A stretch of DNA of 64,000 bases from positions 49,613 to 113,612 of the forward strand of contig CAZASQ010000001.1 of NCBI GenBank assembly GCA_964487905.1, written 5' to 3'. The stretch's first letter is position 1. Every line of letters begins with the position of its first letter. Under the pieces are notes generated by a model, which was not told the DNA's origin, made no database searches, and worked only from the letters and a program-made list of their open reading frames with translations. The position numbers and the translations under genes were made by a program. Below, piece by piece: positions 27,958 through 37,354 of this stretch. This DNA is from an uncultured Prevotella sp. (GTDB lineage Bacteria > Bacteroidota > Bacteroidia > Bacteroidales > Bacteroidaceae).

Positions 27958-29145
27958 TTAAAGGATTCCTTGATCCTTGAATATCTTCTTAAGGATTTGC
28001 ACGCCCTGCTCCACCTGCTCTTCCGTGTGTGTGGCCATAAGCGCAAAACGCACCAACGTATCTTGCGGAGCACAAGCCGGAGGAATAACAGGATTGATGA
28101 ACACACCCGCATCATACGCCAGCTTTGTGATATAGAACGTCTTATCAACGTCATGCACATACAAAGGAATAATGGGGCTTTCGGTATCGCCTATCTCAAA
28201 TCCTTCCTCACGGAAACGGCGCAAAGCATAGTTGGTCACTTTCCACAGATTCTCAATGCGCTCTGGCTCTTGCTGAAGGATGTGAAGCGTTTCCAACGCA
28301 GCAGCTGTTGCCGCAGGCGTATTAGACGCACTGAAAATGTAAGAGCGGGTCGCATGACGAAGATAATTGATTGTATCTGCATCAGAGGTAATAAAGCCAC
28401 CAATAGAGGCAAGGCTCTTGGAGAACGTACCCATAATAAGGTCTACCTCATCTGTCACTCCAAAGTGATCACAAACACCGCGTCCCTCTTTGCCAAACAC
28501 ACCCAAACCATGTGCCTCGTCCACCATAAGCGAACAATTGTACTTATGCTTCAGTTCCACGATTTCGGGCAACTTCGCCAAATCACCTTCCATGGAGAAA
28601 ACACCGTCAACCACTATCAGCTTTATAGCCTCTTGCGGAAGTTTCTGCAACACACGTTCCAAGTCCTCCATGTCATTATGCTTGTAATGGAGCTGGGTGG
28701 CGAAGCTGAGACGACGACCATCCACGATGCTGGCATGGTCACGATCATCGCAAATGATATAATCTCCACGACCTACAACTGCCGGAATCACACCCGAATT
28801 GACCGAAAAGCCTGTTGAAAAACAAAGCGCATCCTCCTTGTTCTCAAAGGCAGCCAGCTCTTTCTCCAACTGAACATGCAAGTCAAGCGTACCATTGAGA
28901 AACCGACTACCAGCACATCCCGTTCCATACTTCTCAAGAGCATCTCTCGAAGCAGCTATAACACGCGGATCGCTGGGAAGCCCCGTATAGGCATTCGAGC
29001 CAAACATAAGGATTTTATGGCCATCAATATCGGTTACTTCCGTACCCTGCATACTCGTTATCTCACGAAAATAGGGGTACACTCCAGCCTTCATATACTT
29101 CTGAGGCTCACGGTAGTTTTTGAACTTTTCTTGTAACTGTCCCAT
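27958..29145 (-). CDS. spt: Alpha-oxoamine synthase family PLP enzyme, most likely serine palmitoyltransferase (the alternative is 8-amino-7-oxononanoate synthase)
   Basis: 395 aa with the PLP-lysine motif GTFSKSL, DEAHGLG, and a GSNAYTGL N-terminal motif. The size and the lack of bio-gene neighbours favour the Bacteroidota SPT over BioF. Confidence 0.7.
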   Translation of the reverse strand: MGQLQEKFKNYREPQKYMKAGVYPYFREITSMQGTEVTDIDGHKILMFGSNAYTGLPSDPRVIAASRDALEKYGTGCAGSRFLNGTLDLHVQLEKELAAFENKEDALCFSTGFSVNSGVIPAVVGRGDYIICDDRDHASIVDGRRLSFATQLHYKHNDMEDLERVLQKLPQEAIKLIVVDGVFSMEGDLAKLPEIVELKHKYNCSLMVDEAHGLGVFGKEGRGVCDHFGVTDEVDLIMGTFSKSLASIGGFITSDADTINYLRHATRSYIFSASNTPAATAAALETLHILQQEPERIENLWKVTNYALRRFREEGFEIGDTESPIIPLYVHDVDKTFYITKLAYDAGVFINPVIPPACAPQDTLVRFALMATHTEEQVEQGVQILKKIFKDQGIL

Positions 29146-29189
29146 TATTTATTAGGCGTAGCCGGAACTACTTCTTTTTAATTAGGCTG

Positions 29190-29197
29190 CAAAGATA
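29190..29197 (-). promoter_or_regulatory. -7 promoter box (TATCTTTG on the minus strand) for the spt-like gene
   Basis: The reverse complement of caaagata, 45 nt upstream of the ATG at 29145. Confidence 0.45.
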
Positions 29198-29292
29198 CGA
29201 AAAAACTGCCATAACTCACACATTTTCAAAAGAAATCTTTCCTTTATCTCTTTTTTAACGAAATACCGCGACCATATTTCACTATATTTTCG

Positions 29293-29300
29293 TAATTTTG
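29293..29300 (+). promoter_or_regulatory. -7 promoter box (TAATTTTG) for the lipid kinase gene
   Basis: An exact match 46 nt upstream of the ATG at 29346. Confidence 0.45.
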
Positions 29301-29345
29301 TGCCGCAAAGCTATGTAACAAGTACGTCACCAATTCGTAGGAGAA

Positions 29346-30374
29346 ATGAAACACGTCGTCTTCATCACCAATCCCATTTCTGGCACTATTAGCAAAGCCC
29401 GTATACCAGAACTGGTGGAAGCGCATCTTGACCATGAACGCTTCAGCTATGAATTTGTGCAAACGCAATACGCCGGCCATGCCACCGTACTGGCACAAGA
29501 AGCCGTTGAAAGGAAATCCGACATCGTGTGTGCCATTGGCGGAGACGGAACTGTCAATGAGGTTGGCCGCGCCCTCGTTGGCACATCATCGGCCATGGCC
29601 ATTCTCCCGTGCGGTTCCGGAAACGGTCTGGCTCGCCACTTGATGTTGCCGATGGACTTGAAGCGTTGCATCGACATCATCAACAAAGACAAGGTGGAAC
29701 GGCTCGACTCTGGGCTTATCAACGGACATCCATTCTTCTGCACTTGCGGAATGGGCTTTGATGCATTCATCTCCCTCAAGTTTGCCGAAGCGGGCAAGCG
29801 AGGACTAATCACGTATGTGGAGAATGTGCTGCGCGAAGCTCTGTCCTATAAGCCCGAGACCTACGAAATTGAGGACGAGATGGGGTCGAAGCACTACAAA
29901 GCATTGCTCATCAGCGTAGCCAATGCCTCGCAATATGGAAACAACGCCTACATTGCGCCACAGGCATCCATGAGCGATGGGCTGCTCGATGTCATCATTA
30001 TGCAGCCTTTCAGCATCATCGAAGCCCCCCAAGTTGCTTTGGAGCTACTCAACAAGACGCTCAACAAGAACATGAACATCCAGTCTTTTCAGGCTCGCCA
30101 CATACACATACACCGCAAGCAGCCCGGTTTGATTCACTACGATGGAGACCCGCTTATGTCGGAGGCCGACGTTGACATCTCCATCAATCCCAAAAGCATA
30201 TCCTTGGTTGTCAACCCAGAAGGCAGCAAAGCATCAAGACAACCCAACGTTATGCAGAATGCCGCATCGGAAATGTTCTACAACATGGACAGAATACGAA
30301 CGCAAATTGCCAAGCGAAGCCGTAACTTGCAAGCCGTCAACCTCAAACTGCTGCGCAAGTTGAACCGACAATAA
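29346..30374 (+). CDS. Diacylglycerol-kinase-catalytic-domain lipid kinase (YegS/BmrU family)
   Basis: NP.SG, the AIGGDGTVNEV (GGDG) motif, and GSGNGLAR. 342 aa. Confidence 0.82.
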   Translation: MKHVVFITNPISGTISKARIPELVEAHLDHERFSYEFVQTQYAGHATVLAQEAVERKSDIVCAIGGDGTVNEVGRALVGTSSAMAILPCGSGNGLARHLMLPMDLKRCIDIINKDKVERLDSGLINGHPFFCTCGMGFDAFISLKFAEAGKRGLITYVENVLREALSYKPETYEIEDEMGSKHYKALLISVANASQYGNNAYIAPQASMSDGLLDVIIMQPFSIIEAPQVALELLNKTLNKNMNIQSFQARHIHIHRKQPGLIHYDGDPLMSEADVDISINPKSISLVVNPEGSKASRQPNVMQNAASEMFYNMDRIRTQIAKRSRNLQAVNLKLLRKLNRQ

Positions 30375-30499
30375 CGCACATATTGGCGCACAGGGCAACG
30401 GAGAACGCCCCTTGCGCCACCACTTTTGCATAGAAAACTATTTACGTCTTCTCCCCCCACCAGCCAATTCATTTCCCATCCAACACAGCCCTTCGCCTA

Positions 30500-31192
30500 A
30501 TGCCGTCCCATTCATTCTCTTTCAAACAGTTTACCATACAGCAAGACCATTGCGCCATGAAAGTTGGAACCGATGGCGTTCTGTTAGGAGCATGGGCAAA
30601 GGGCGGGCAACGCATCCTTGACATTGGCACAGGAACCGGGCTTATAGCACTGATGATGGCTCAACGCTTCCCCGAAGCACACATTGACGGCATTGAGATT
30701 GTGGCCGAAGCTGCCGCGCAAGCAAACGAGAACGCATCCCGCAGTCCTTTCGCCGAAAGAGTGTCCATCTTCAACGTCTCCTTGCAGCAATACCACGCAG
30801 ACGCATATGATGCCATAGTGGCCAACCCGCCCTACTTCCCGCACGCCTTGAAAAGCCAAGACAAGGCGAGAGCCACTGCAAGGCAGACCGATTCTCTCAG
30901 TTTTCGCGATCTAAGCAAGCACAGCGCACGATTGCTGACCGCCGAGGGCACACTAAGCATCATTCTCCCCACAGACCAAACACCCGAAATGGAGGCAGAA
31001 GCGGCCTTTGCCGGACTATGCCTAAACCACCGCATCATGGTAAGCACATCAGAAAAAAAGCCACCCAAACGCTGCCTGCTCGCATTTGGCAAGCGCAACT
31101 CACCTTGTTTCTCTGAAGAAAAAGAATGTATAGTCATCAACGGGCAACCATCAGCATGGTATGAGGACTTGGTCTCGTCATTCTACTTATAA
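30500..31192 (+). CDS. tRNA1(Val) (adenine37-N6)-methyltransferase (TrmN6/YfiC-like)
   Basis: The FKQF.I.QD.CAMKVGTDGVLLGAWA N-terminal signature, the SAM motif DIGTGTGLIAL, and catalytic NPPYF. Confidence 0.85.
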   Translation: MPSHSFSFKQFTIQQDHCAMKVGTDGVLLGAWAKGGQRILDIGTGTGLIALMMAQRFPEAHIDGIEIVAEAAAQANENASRSPFAERVSIFNVSLQQYHADAYDAIVANPPYFPHALKSQDKARATARQTDSLSFRDLSKHSARLLTAEGTLSIILPTDQTPEMEAEAAFAGLCLNHRIMVSTSEKKPPKRCLLAFGKRNSPCFSEEKECIVINGQPSAWYEDLVSSFYL

Positions 31193-31290
31193 GGCAAGTT
31201 CCACGGGAGGTACACACCTTCCTGTCCATACGTCCCCCAGCACACCTGCACACTCAACCTTCCGCAGCCACCTTATAATAAAGCACTTAG

Positions 31291-31397
31291 CAAAACATTA
31301 CATTTCACCTTACCAAACGTTACGTTTTACCACGCAATATGTATGGTTCCACTTTGCGAAACCATACATATTGCGACTGCAAGGCTTATCTATTTGC
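31291..31397. repeat. Copy 4 of the 22-bp-periodic intergenic repeat (5 degenerate units, with an internal 15-bp hairpin)
   Basis: Units start at 31291, 31314, 31335, 31357 and 31380. gcaatatgtatggtt (31335-31349) is the reverse complement of aaccatacatattgc (31360-31374). Confidence 0.75.
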
Positions 31398-31580
31398 TCA
31401 CCACAAAACTTATACTACAAATGCAAACAAAACCGTTTGGAACAAACTTCTATCCAAACAGACGGTCAGCCTCATTCCAAACGGCCGACAAACGGACGTA
31501 ATCAAAGTTTCCTTACACTCTCATCCCCTCTTGCATCCACGCCCTTTTGCGCTCTACAAGCTCCGCTTTACGCAAACGGC

Positions 31581-32873
31581 TCAAAGGAAAGGCGAGAGCA
31601 AATGCCCAGCCCAGCCCACAAACTTTTTCCACGGCGTGCGCCATTGCTTCCATGTTTCAGGCGTAAGCAAAAAAGACTCTTTCTTTTCCCGCTCAAAGAG
31701 GTTGTCAAGCTGTCGCGTTACATGAGGGTCTATAATGACGGCATTCTCCTCACGGTCCCATCTTAGCGAGCGAGCATTGAGATTGGCCGATCCCACCGTG
31801 CAGACCTGCCCATCCACCATTATTACTTTCGTGTGATGAAACCCCGGCTCATAGAGCCAAATCTGGCATCCTTTCTTCATCAGTTTGTGGGCATTGTAGA
31901 AACCAACATCGGGAGTAATCGGAATATCGCTCTTTACGCTGAGCATAATCTCTACCTTCACGCCCCGCTTCACGGCATCGGCCAAGGCGCGCTTCAAGCG
32001 GCGCGTAAGCGTAAAGTAGGGATTAATCAGCTTAATACTGTCTTTCGCAGCATTGATGGCATTGAGATAGAAATAACGGATAATATCTCGCGTGACCTGC
32101 GGTTCACGATTGATGATTCCCACCATCTGATGCCCCGCCGTAGAGGTGGTGTCGGGCTTCAAGCCAGTCATATAATCGGCATTGCTTACCCCACGGTAAT
32201 ACTTTGCCCCATGCACATCTTGCCCCGAGACCAGCTTCCACATTCGCAAAAAAATGCGTTGCAGCGTGTTCACTTCATCGCCCTCTATGCGGCAGTGCAT
32301 ATCATGCCAGCTCCCCACGACCTCCGTGCCATTGATATAATAGTCAGCCACGTTCATCCCACCTGTATAAGCCACCTTGCCATCAATAATAACTATCTTG
32401 CGATGGTCGCGATTGAACGCGTCATGCAGCCAAGGGAACTGCATCGGCTTGAACTCATAGATTTCAATGCCCTTTGAGCGTATGGCCTCAACATCGCTCT
32501 TGCGCATAGGCTGATTATTGCTCGCGTTGCCAAAGCCATCGAAGATGGCCCGCACCTCCACGCCCTCGGCAACCTTGCGCTCCAAGCGCAACATCAGTTC
32601 ACGATTGATGGAGTCGTTGCGGAAATTAAAGTATTCGAGATGAATGCTTGAACGCGCTTGCTCAATGGCCTTGAACAAGTCTTCGAACTTTTCTTTGCCA
32701 TTGACAAGCAACGTAACGGAATTATTGTGGGAAAAAGTTATGCCCTTTTCCCTAAGCCGCTGAACAATCACGCTGTCGGCACGCTGCGCCAGCACGCTGG
32801 AAGCGCAAAATACCAAGAGCAAGAGTATGACTTTAAGTCGTCTCAACCTTCTTATCTGCTTTTCTTTATCCAA
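31581..32873 (-). CDS. cls: Cardiolipin synthase (PLD superfamily, two HKD motifs)
   Basis: HRKIVIIDGKVAYTGGMN and HHTKVIMVDGQVCTVGSANLN, with an N-terminal membrane anchor. Confidence 0.85.
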   Translation of the reverse strand: MDKEKQIRRLRRLKVILLLLVFCASSVLAQRADSVIVQRLREKGITFSHNNSVTLLVNGKEKFEDLFKAIEQARSSIHLEYFNFRNDSINRELMLRLERKVAEGVEVRAIFDGFGNASNNQPMRKSDVEAIRSKGIEIYEFKPMQFPWLHDAFNRDHRKIVIIDGKVAYTGGMNVADYYINGTEVVGSWHDMHCRIEGDEVNTLQRIFLRMWKLVSGQDVHGAKYYRGVSNADYMTGLKPDTTSTAGHQMVGIINREPQVTRDIIRYFYLNAINAAKDSIKLINPYFTLTRRLKRALADAVKRGVKVEIMLSVKSDIPITPDVGFYNAHKLMKKGCQIWLYEPGFHHTKVIMVDGQVCTVGSANLNARSLRWDREENAVIIDPHVTRQLDNLFEREKKESFLLTPETWKQWRTPWKKFVGWAGHLLSPFL

Positions 32874-32885
32874 TGGAACAGCGGA

Positions 32886-33869
32886 TTACAGCATACAACT
32901 GTAATGATCCACCACACCCAAAAACTGTCTGTCCTTGTCGGTAACAAGCACCGTGTGAATCTTATACTGATTCATGGTGCGCTGAATCTCCGTCACCTTC
33001 GTTTCGGGAGCAACCGTCTTGGGATTGGTTGTCATAATATCACTCACCGTATGGTCAAAGAACTCAGCCTGCCAACGCTCCATGGCACGGCGGATGTCGC
33101 CATCAGTAATCAGTCCTATCACCTTGCCATCCTGCAAAGACACGCCTAAGCCCAATTTGCCTTTGCTAACATGGATAATGGCCTCACCCAAATGCATCTC
33201 CTTGTCTATAATGGGCAAGTTATCGCTTCGCATCACATCGCGCGCAGTGGTAAGCAAGCGTTTTCCCAGTTCGCCTCCCGGATGGAATTGGGCAAAGTCG
33301 GTAGGCTTGAAGTTGCGCACTTCCATCAATGCCACAGCCAACGCATCGCCCATGACAAGGGCAGCCGTCGTAGAGCTGGTGGGTGCCAAGTTGAGCGGGC
33401 AAGCCTCTTTCTCCACTTTCACTTGAAGATGAACGGAAGCATATTTGGCCAGCAACGAATTGGGATTGCCACTTATTCCTATAATGGGCACCTGCATGTG
33501 GAGAACCATCGGAATGAAGCGCAACAATTCGTCCGTCTGTCCCGAATTAGACAATGCAAGCACTACATCGTCCTTGGTCATCACACCAAGATCTCCATGA
33601 TAGACATCCAGCGGATTGATAAAGAAAGACGGCGTTCCCGTAGAGGAGAGTGTTGCGGCTATCTTTGCGCCAATATTTCCGCTTTTGCCAACTCCTGTAA
33701 CGATTACCTTGCCTTTGCAATGATACATCATCTCCACCGCACGATCAAAGTTCTCGTCAAGCTGGTCTATGAGTTTCATTGTAGCATCACACTCGTCCTT
33801 GATGCACTGAACGGCATACTTCCTAACGCCTTTCAACCGCTCTTCCGCTTGCGTATTCATGTTTTCCAT
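32886..33869 (-). CDS. kdsD: Arabinose-5-phosphate isomerase (KpsF/GutQ family; SIS plus tandem CBS domains)
   Basis: SIS motif VTGVGKSG, LSNSGQT, and C-terminal CBS pairs. Confidence 0.88.
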   Translation of the reverse strand: MENMNTQAEERLKGVRKYAVQCIKDECDATMKLIDQLDENFDRAVEMMYHCKGKVIVTGVGKSGNIGAKIAATLSSTGTPSFFINPLDVYHGDLGVMTKDDVVLALSNSGQTDELLRFIPMVLHMQVPIIGISGNPNSLLAKYASVHLQVKVEKEACPLNLAPTSSTTAALVMGDALAVALMEVRNFKPTDFAQFHPGGELGKRLLTTARDVMRSDNLPIIDKEMHLGEAIIHVSKGKLGLGVSLQDGKVIGLITDGDIRRAMERWQAEFFDHTVSDIMTTNPKTVAPETKVTEIQRTMNQYKIHTVLVTDKDRQFLGVVDHYSCML

Positions 33870-33881
33870 CGCTCTATTAAA

Positions 33882-34664
33882 TTATTTGAGAAGTTCTCCT
33901 ATCAACGCTCCAAGTTGACTAAGCTCCAGCATATTGGCTGCATCCGACAAGCCACGGTCGGGATCTGGATGCACTTCAAAGAAGTAGCCTGTTGCCCCAA
34001 AGGCTTTGGCGGCAAGTGCCATAGAGGGCACAAAGCGGCGATCGCCCGTTGTCTTGCCATCACCAGCACTCGGTCGCTGCACGGAATGCGTACAATCCAT
34101 GATGACTGTGGGCGACAATTGGAGCATATCGGGAATATTGCGGAAGTCGACCACTAAATTATTATAGCCGAAACAGTTGCCACGCTCCGTCAACCACACG
34201 TCTACCGCACCGCTCTCACGACACTTCTGCAAAGGATAGCGCATATCCGCCCCCGAAAGGAATTGCGCTTTCTTGATGTTAACAGTCTTTCCCGTATGCG
34301 CCGCAGCAACAAGCAAGTCGGTTTGACGGCAAAGGAATGCCGGAATCTGCAACACATCAGCCACCTCTGCTACGGGCTTGGCCTGCCACGCCTCATGTAT
34401 GTCGGTCAGAATGCGCAGTCCATACCGTTCCTTAATATCGGCAAGCATCTGCAACCCTTTCTCCAATCCCGGCCCACGATAAGAAGAAAGGCTCGTTCGA
34501 TTGGCCTTGTCAAAAGACGCTTTGAAAATAATGTCGATACCATATTGCTGATTGATGCGCACCAACTCCTGCGCAACGGTATCAAGAAGTTCCGCGGTCT
34601 CTATCACGCATGGACCTGCGACAAATATTGGTTGATTCATTTTCTTTAATTTATTTCTTGTCAA
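33882..34664 (-). CDS. kdsA: 3-deoxy-8-phosphooctulonate (KDO-8-P) synthase
   Basis: GPCVIE, FKASFDKANRTS, IPAFLCRQTDL, and TERG motifs. Confidence 0.92.
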   Translation of the reverse strand: MTRNKLKKMNQPIFVAGPCVIETAELLDTVAQELVRINQQYGIDIIFKASFDKANRTSLSSYRGPGLEKGLQMLADIKERYGLRILTDIHEAWQAKPVAEVADVLQIPAFLCRQTDLLVAAAHTGKTVNIKKAQFLSGADMRYPLQKCRESGAVDVWLTERGNCFGYNNLVVDFRNIPDMLQLSPTVIMDCTHSVQRPSAGDGKTTGDRRFVPSMALAAKAFGATGYFFEVHPDPDRGLSDAANMLELSQLGALIGELLK

Positions 34665-37098
34665 CGAAGCCGTCTTTACCGACAGACGAGCTTTTTTCGG
34701 AGTGCATATCCGACTGCATCACCCGCTCGGTTTTCAGCTCACTAATGTTTTTCAACGTCACCTCACGCTGTGGGAACGGTATTTCTATGTTGTTTTGGTT
34801 GAGCGTATTATAGATGCACTCCATAATCTCTCCCTCGGCAGAGAAACGTTCCAACACATTCACCCACATCAATATCTTCAATGTCACACAGCTGTCATCG
34901 AAACTCTTCAACCTTACGGCCACTTTACGTTCTTGATAAACGCAATCCAACTGCGAGATGGCATCCGTCAAGAGCTGGCAGCACAACTTCAAATCAGTGC
35001 CATAAGCCACTCCTACCTCCAAAGTGTCAAGTTCATAGCCATGATTCTTGGTAAGATTCTTATAGTTCTTGGTGAAAAGCTGTGAGTTTTGGAATGCGAT
35101 TACCGACCCATCGGTAGCTTCAAGCATCGTAGAAGTGTAACTAATGCTCATCACCCGTCCGCGAATACCATCACACACCACATAGTCGCCTATCTTGATA
35201 CGACCCGCCATCAGCGAGATACCATAATAAATATTCTCCAGAATATCCTTCATGGCAAATCCGACACCTGTGGAGAGACCTCCCGAAACCACCACCAGCC
35301 ATGTGTTGTTGACTCTGAAAATGGCCAAAGCAACAAGCAGCCATGTGCCCCAAACTACCGTTTGCGTTACATTCACAAACATGACAGAACGAGTGGCAGC
35401 CGTGGTCGGGTCGCGACGCTGCAAGCAAAAGTGCGTAAGGTCTTTCGCCGTATGGTTGATATAATTGAACAAGAACCACAAGATGACAACCTGCGCTATG
35501 CCCAGAATGCTCATCTTGAAGTTGGCCGTGTCTATAAATGACGCGCTAAACACCTCCCACGTAAGTTCACTGAGGTTGAACATATCTGCCGCCCAATAGA
35601 TGGCAAGCAAGAACGACAACACCAAACAGGCCGGTAATACCACAAAATAGACAAAGCGGAAGAACCAAGCCTTATTGATTGGCTTATTATAAAGCTGGTG
35701 CTTCTCACGGTAACGGCGCAGATAATCGTGGGCACAAGTTATTGTCAGGATGCAAGCGAGCTGCATCATCCACCAAATGATAATCTGAACGGAAAGCATG
35801 GTGTATCCCATCCAAGAGCTAAGCGTTGTCACAACGAAGACGCTCAACGTGGCATAGCCCAAGTAGCCATCGCTCCGCATCATCCGCTGCCGATATTTCC
35901 TGATAATACGCGCTTGCCACAACGTGCTAACCAGCATAAGCAAGGGAAGCAAGAAGTTGACAAACACACTGGGAACGAGTATGATTCGGAAACAGATGAT
36001 TATGAATCCGACCAATATGACAGGATAATAGCTCCGATAAGTGATCTGAACCTGCTTACCATCCACGCGCAGCATGAGCGATGTCAGAATGACAGCCAGC
36101 AACCACGTGAACTCAAGCAGGATGCCCGTGGCCATAAACACGAAGTTGGACGGCGAGGCATAGCGGATAATAAGTAACGCCACGCCAAAGGTAATAACCG
36201 TTCCATTCATGATGATACACGTTCGCTTGGCCAAAAACGAGTTTGTATCCACATGAAAACGGTCGGCCTTGACCCATCGGGTCACGAGGAAACGAACGCT
36301 AAGATAATTGAGCAATATGGCAAAGACACCATAGAATACTATCATCGACAGCAACAGAATGAGCCAACGCGCGTCCCACTGCGAACGAACCTTGTGCTGC
36401 GGCACATACTTGTCGCTGACCGCCGCGCCCATGCGCATCAGATAAATTTGAGGATGAGCCAACACCGAGAAATAATTCTCATTGGCGTTCTGCAACAAAC
36501 TCCCCTGTATTTCCTGATAACGCTTCTGCGCATAGTCGTTTAAAGCCTTCAGCTGTCTGCGGCTGTAATTGTAATGCTGTATGTAGTCTTGAAAACTTTG
36601 GCTGTTCTCAACCAACATACGCCGTATGCTCACCGACAGCGTGAGGCAAACGTTGCGATCCGTCTTTTCACGCTCGGTCATCCCATCGGTGTACATCGTA
36701 CTCAAAGCATTGATGAGCGAGTCATAGCGCGCTATGTCCTGCTGTGCACGAGAGATGAGGCTGCTGAACGGCCGTGTCTTCTCCTCAAACTCACGATAGA
36801 GTTGCGTGGCCTCATGACAAGCATAGGTAACATCGAAAATATACTCCGAATTCTGGGAATAGAGCATCAGCGACACCTGCGCCGACCGCTGTGTGATGCT
36901 TTGCAGCTGCGAAGTGATGCGACTGTTCCACTGTTTCGTGCGGTTCATCTGCTCATTGAGCTGATAGTGGCTCGTAATTAGCTCATGGCGCAACACGGCC
37001 AATGAGTTCTTGAGCGAGTCCTCCTGCAACACAGCCCTTGAGGGGAGCGCATGCAGCAAGACGACTACCAGCAGCAGAAGTATGCGAAGTTGCTTCAT
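34651..37098 (-). CDS. Large mechanosensitive channel of the MscS family (MscK/KefA-like)
   Basis: 815 aa with a signal peptide, a periplasmic coiled-coil region and about 10 TM helices. The C-terminal MscS beta-domain reads GDYVVCDGIRGRVMSISYTSTMLEATDGSVIAFQNSQL. Confidence 0.82.
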   Translation of the reverse strand: MKQLRILLLLVVVLLHALPSRAVLQEDSLKNSLAVLRHELITSHYQLNEQMNRTKQWNSRITSQLQSITQRSAQVSLMLYSQNSEYIFDVTYACHEATQLYREFEEKTRPFSSLISRAQQDIARYDSLINALSTMYTDGMTEREKTDRNVCLTLSVSIRRMLVENSQSFQDYIQHYNYSRRQLKALNDYAQKRYQEIQGSLLQNANENYFSVLAHPQIYLMRMGAAVSDKYVPQHKVRSQWDARWLILLLSMIVFYGVFAILLNYLSVRFLVTRWVKADRFHVDTNSFLAKRTCIIMNGTVITFGVALLIIRYASPSNFVFMATGILLEFTWLLAVILTSLMLRVDGKQVQITYRSYYPVILVGFIIICFRIILVPSVFVNFLLPLLMLVSTLWQARIIRKYRQRMMRSDGYLGYATLSVFVVTTLSSWMGYTMLSVQIIIWWMMQLACILTITCAHDYLRRYREKHQLYNKPINKAWFFRFVYFVVLPACLVLSFLLAIYWAADMFNLSELTWEVFSASFIDTANFKMSILGIAQVVILWFLFNYINHTAKDLTHFCLQRRDPTTAATRSVMFVNVTQTVVWGTWLLVALAIFRVNNTWLVVVSGGLSTGVGFAMKDILENIYYGISLMAGRIKIGDYVVCDGIRGRVMSISYTSTMLEATDGSVIAFQNSQLFTKNYKNLTKNHGYELDTLEVGVAYGTDLKLCCQLLTDAISQLDCVYQERKVAVRLKSFDDSCVTLKILMWVNVLERFSAEGEIMECIYNTLNQNNIEIPFPQREVTLKNISELKTERVMQSDMHSEKSSSVGKDGFVDKK

Positions 37099-37354
37099 TT
37101 TGCCTATATATTCATTGCTTAGGGGCTACGCCAAACGGTGCGGAAAGTCGCCCTACATTCCCCCCACTGTTCAGAGGTATTTGCCATATCTCCCCACACG
37201 TATCGGCATCAGCCAACATTTTTGCTTGCAAAATTACCAAAAAACTCTGGGAAATCAGAATAAAGCAAGACAAAACTCTTCGCAATGTTCGCACATCAGC
37301 ACGCTTTGAAACACAGACAACGACTTCTTGCGATTGGAAGCACGCTGAAATAGT

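Noticed and set aside
37229-37236. A TAATTTTG -7 box (minus strand) about 130 nt upstream of the MscS-family gene start
   Set aside because: The motif is exact. But the leader would be unusually long, and the box could equally be a chance occurrence in an AT-rich spacer. I did not list it as a feature.
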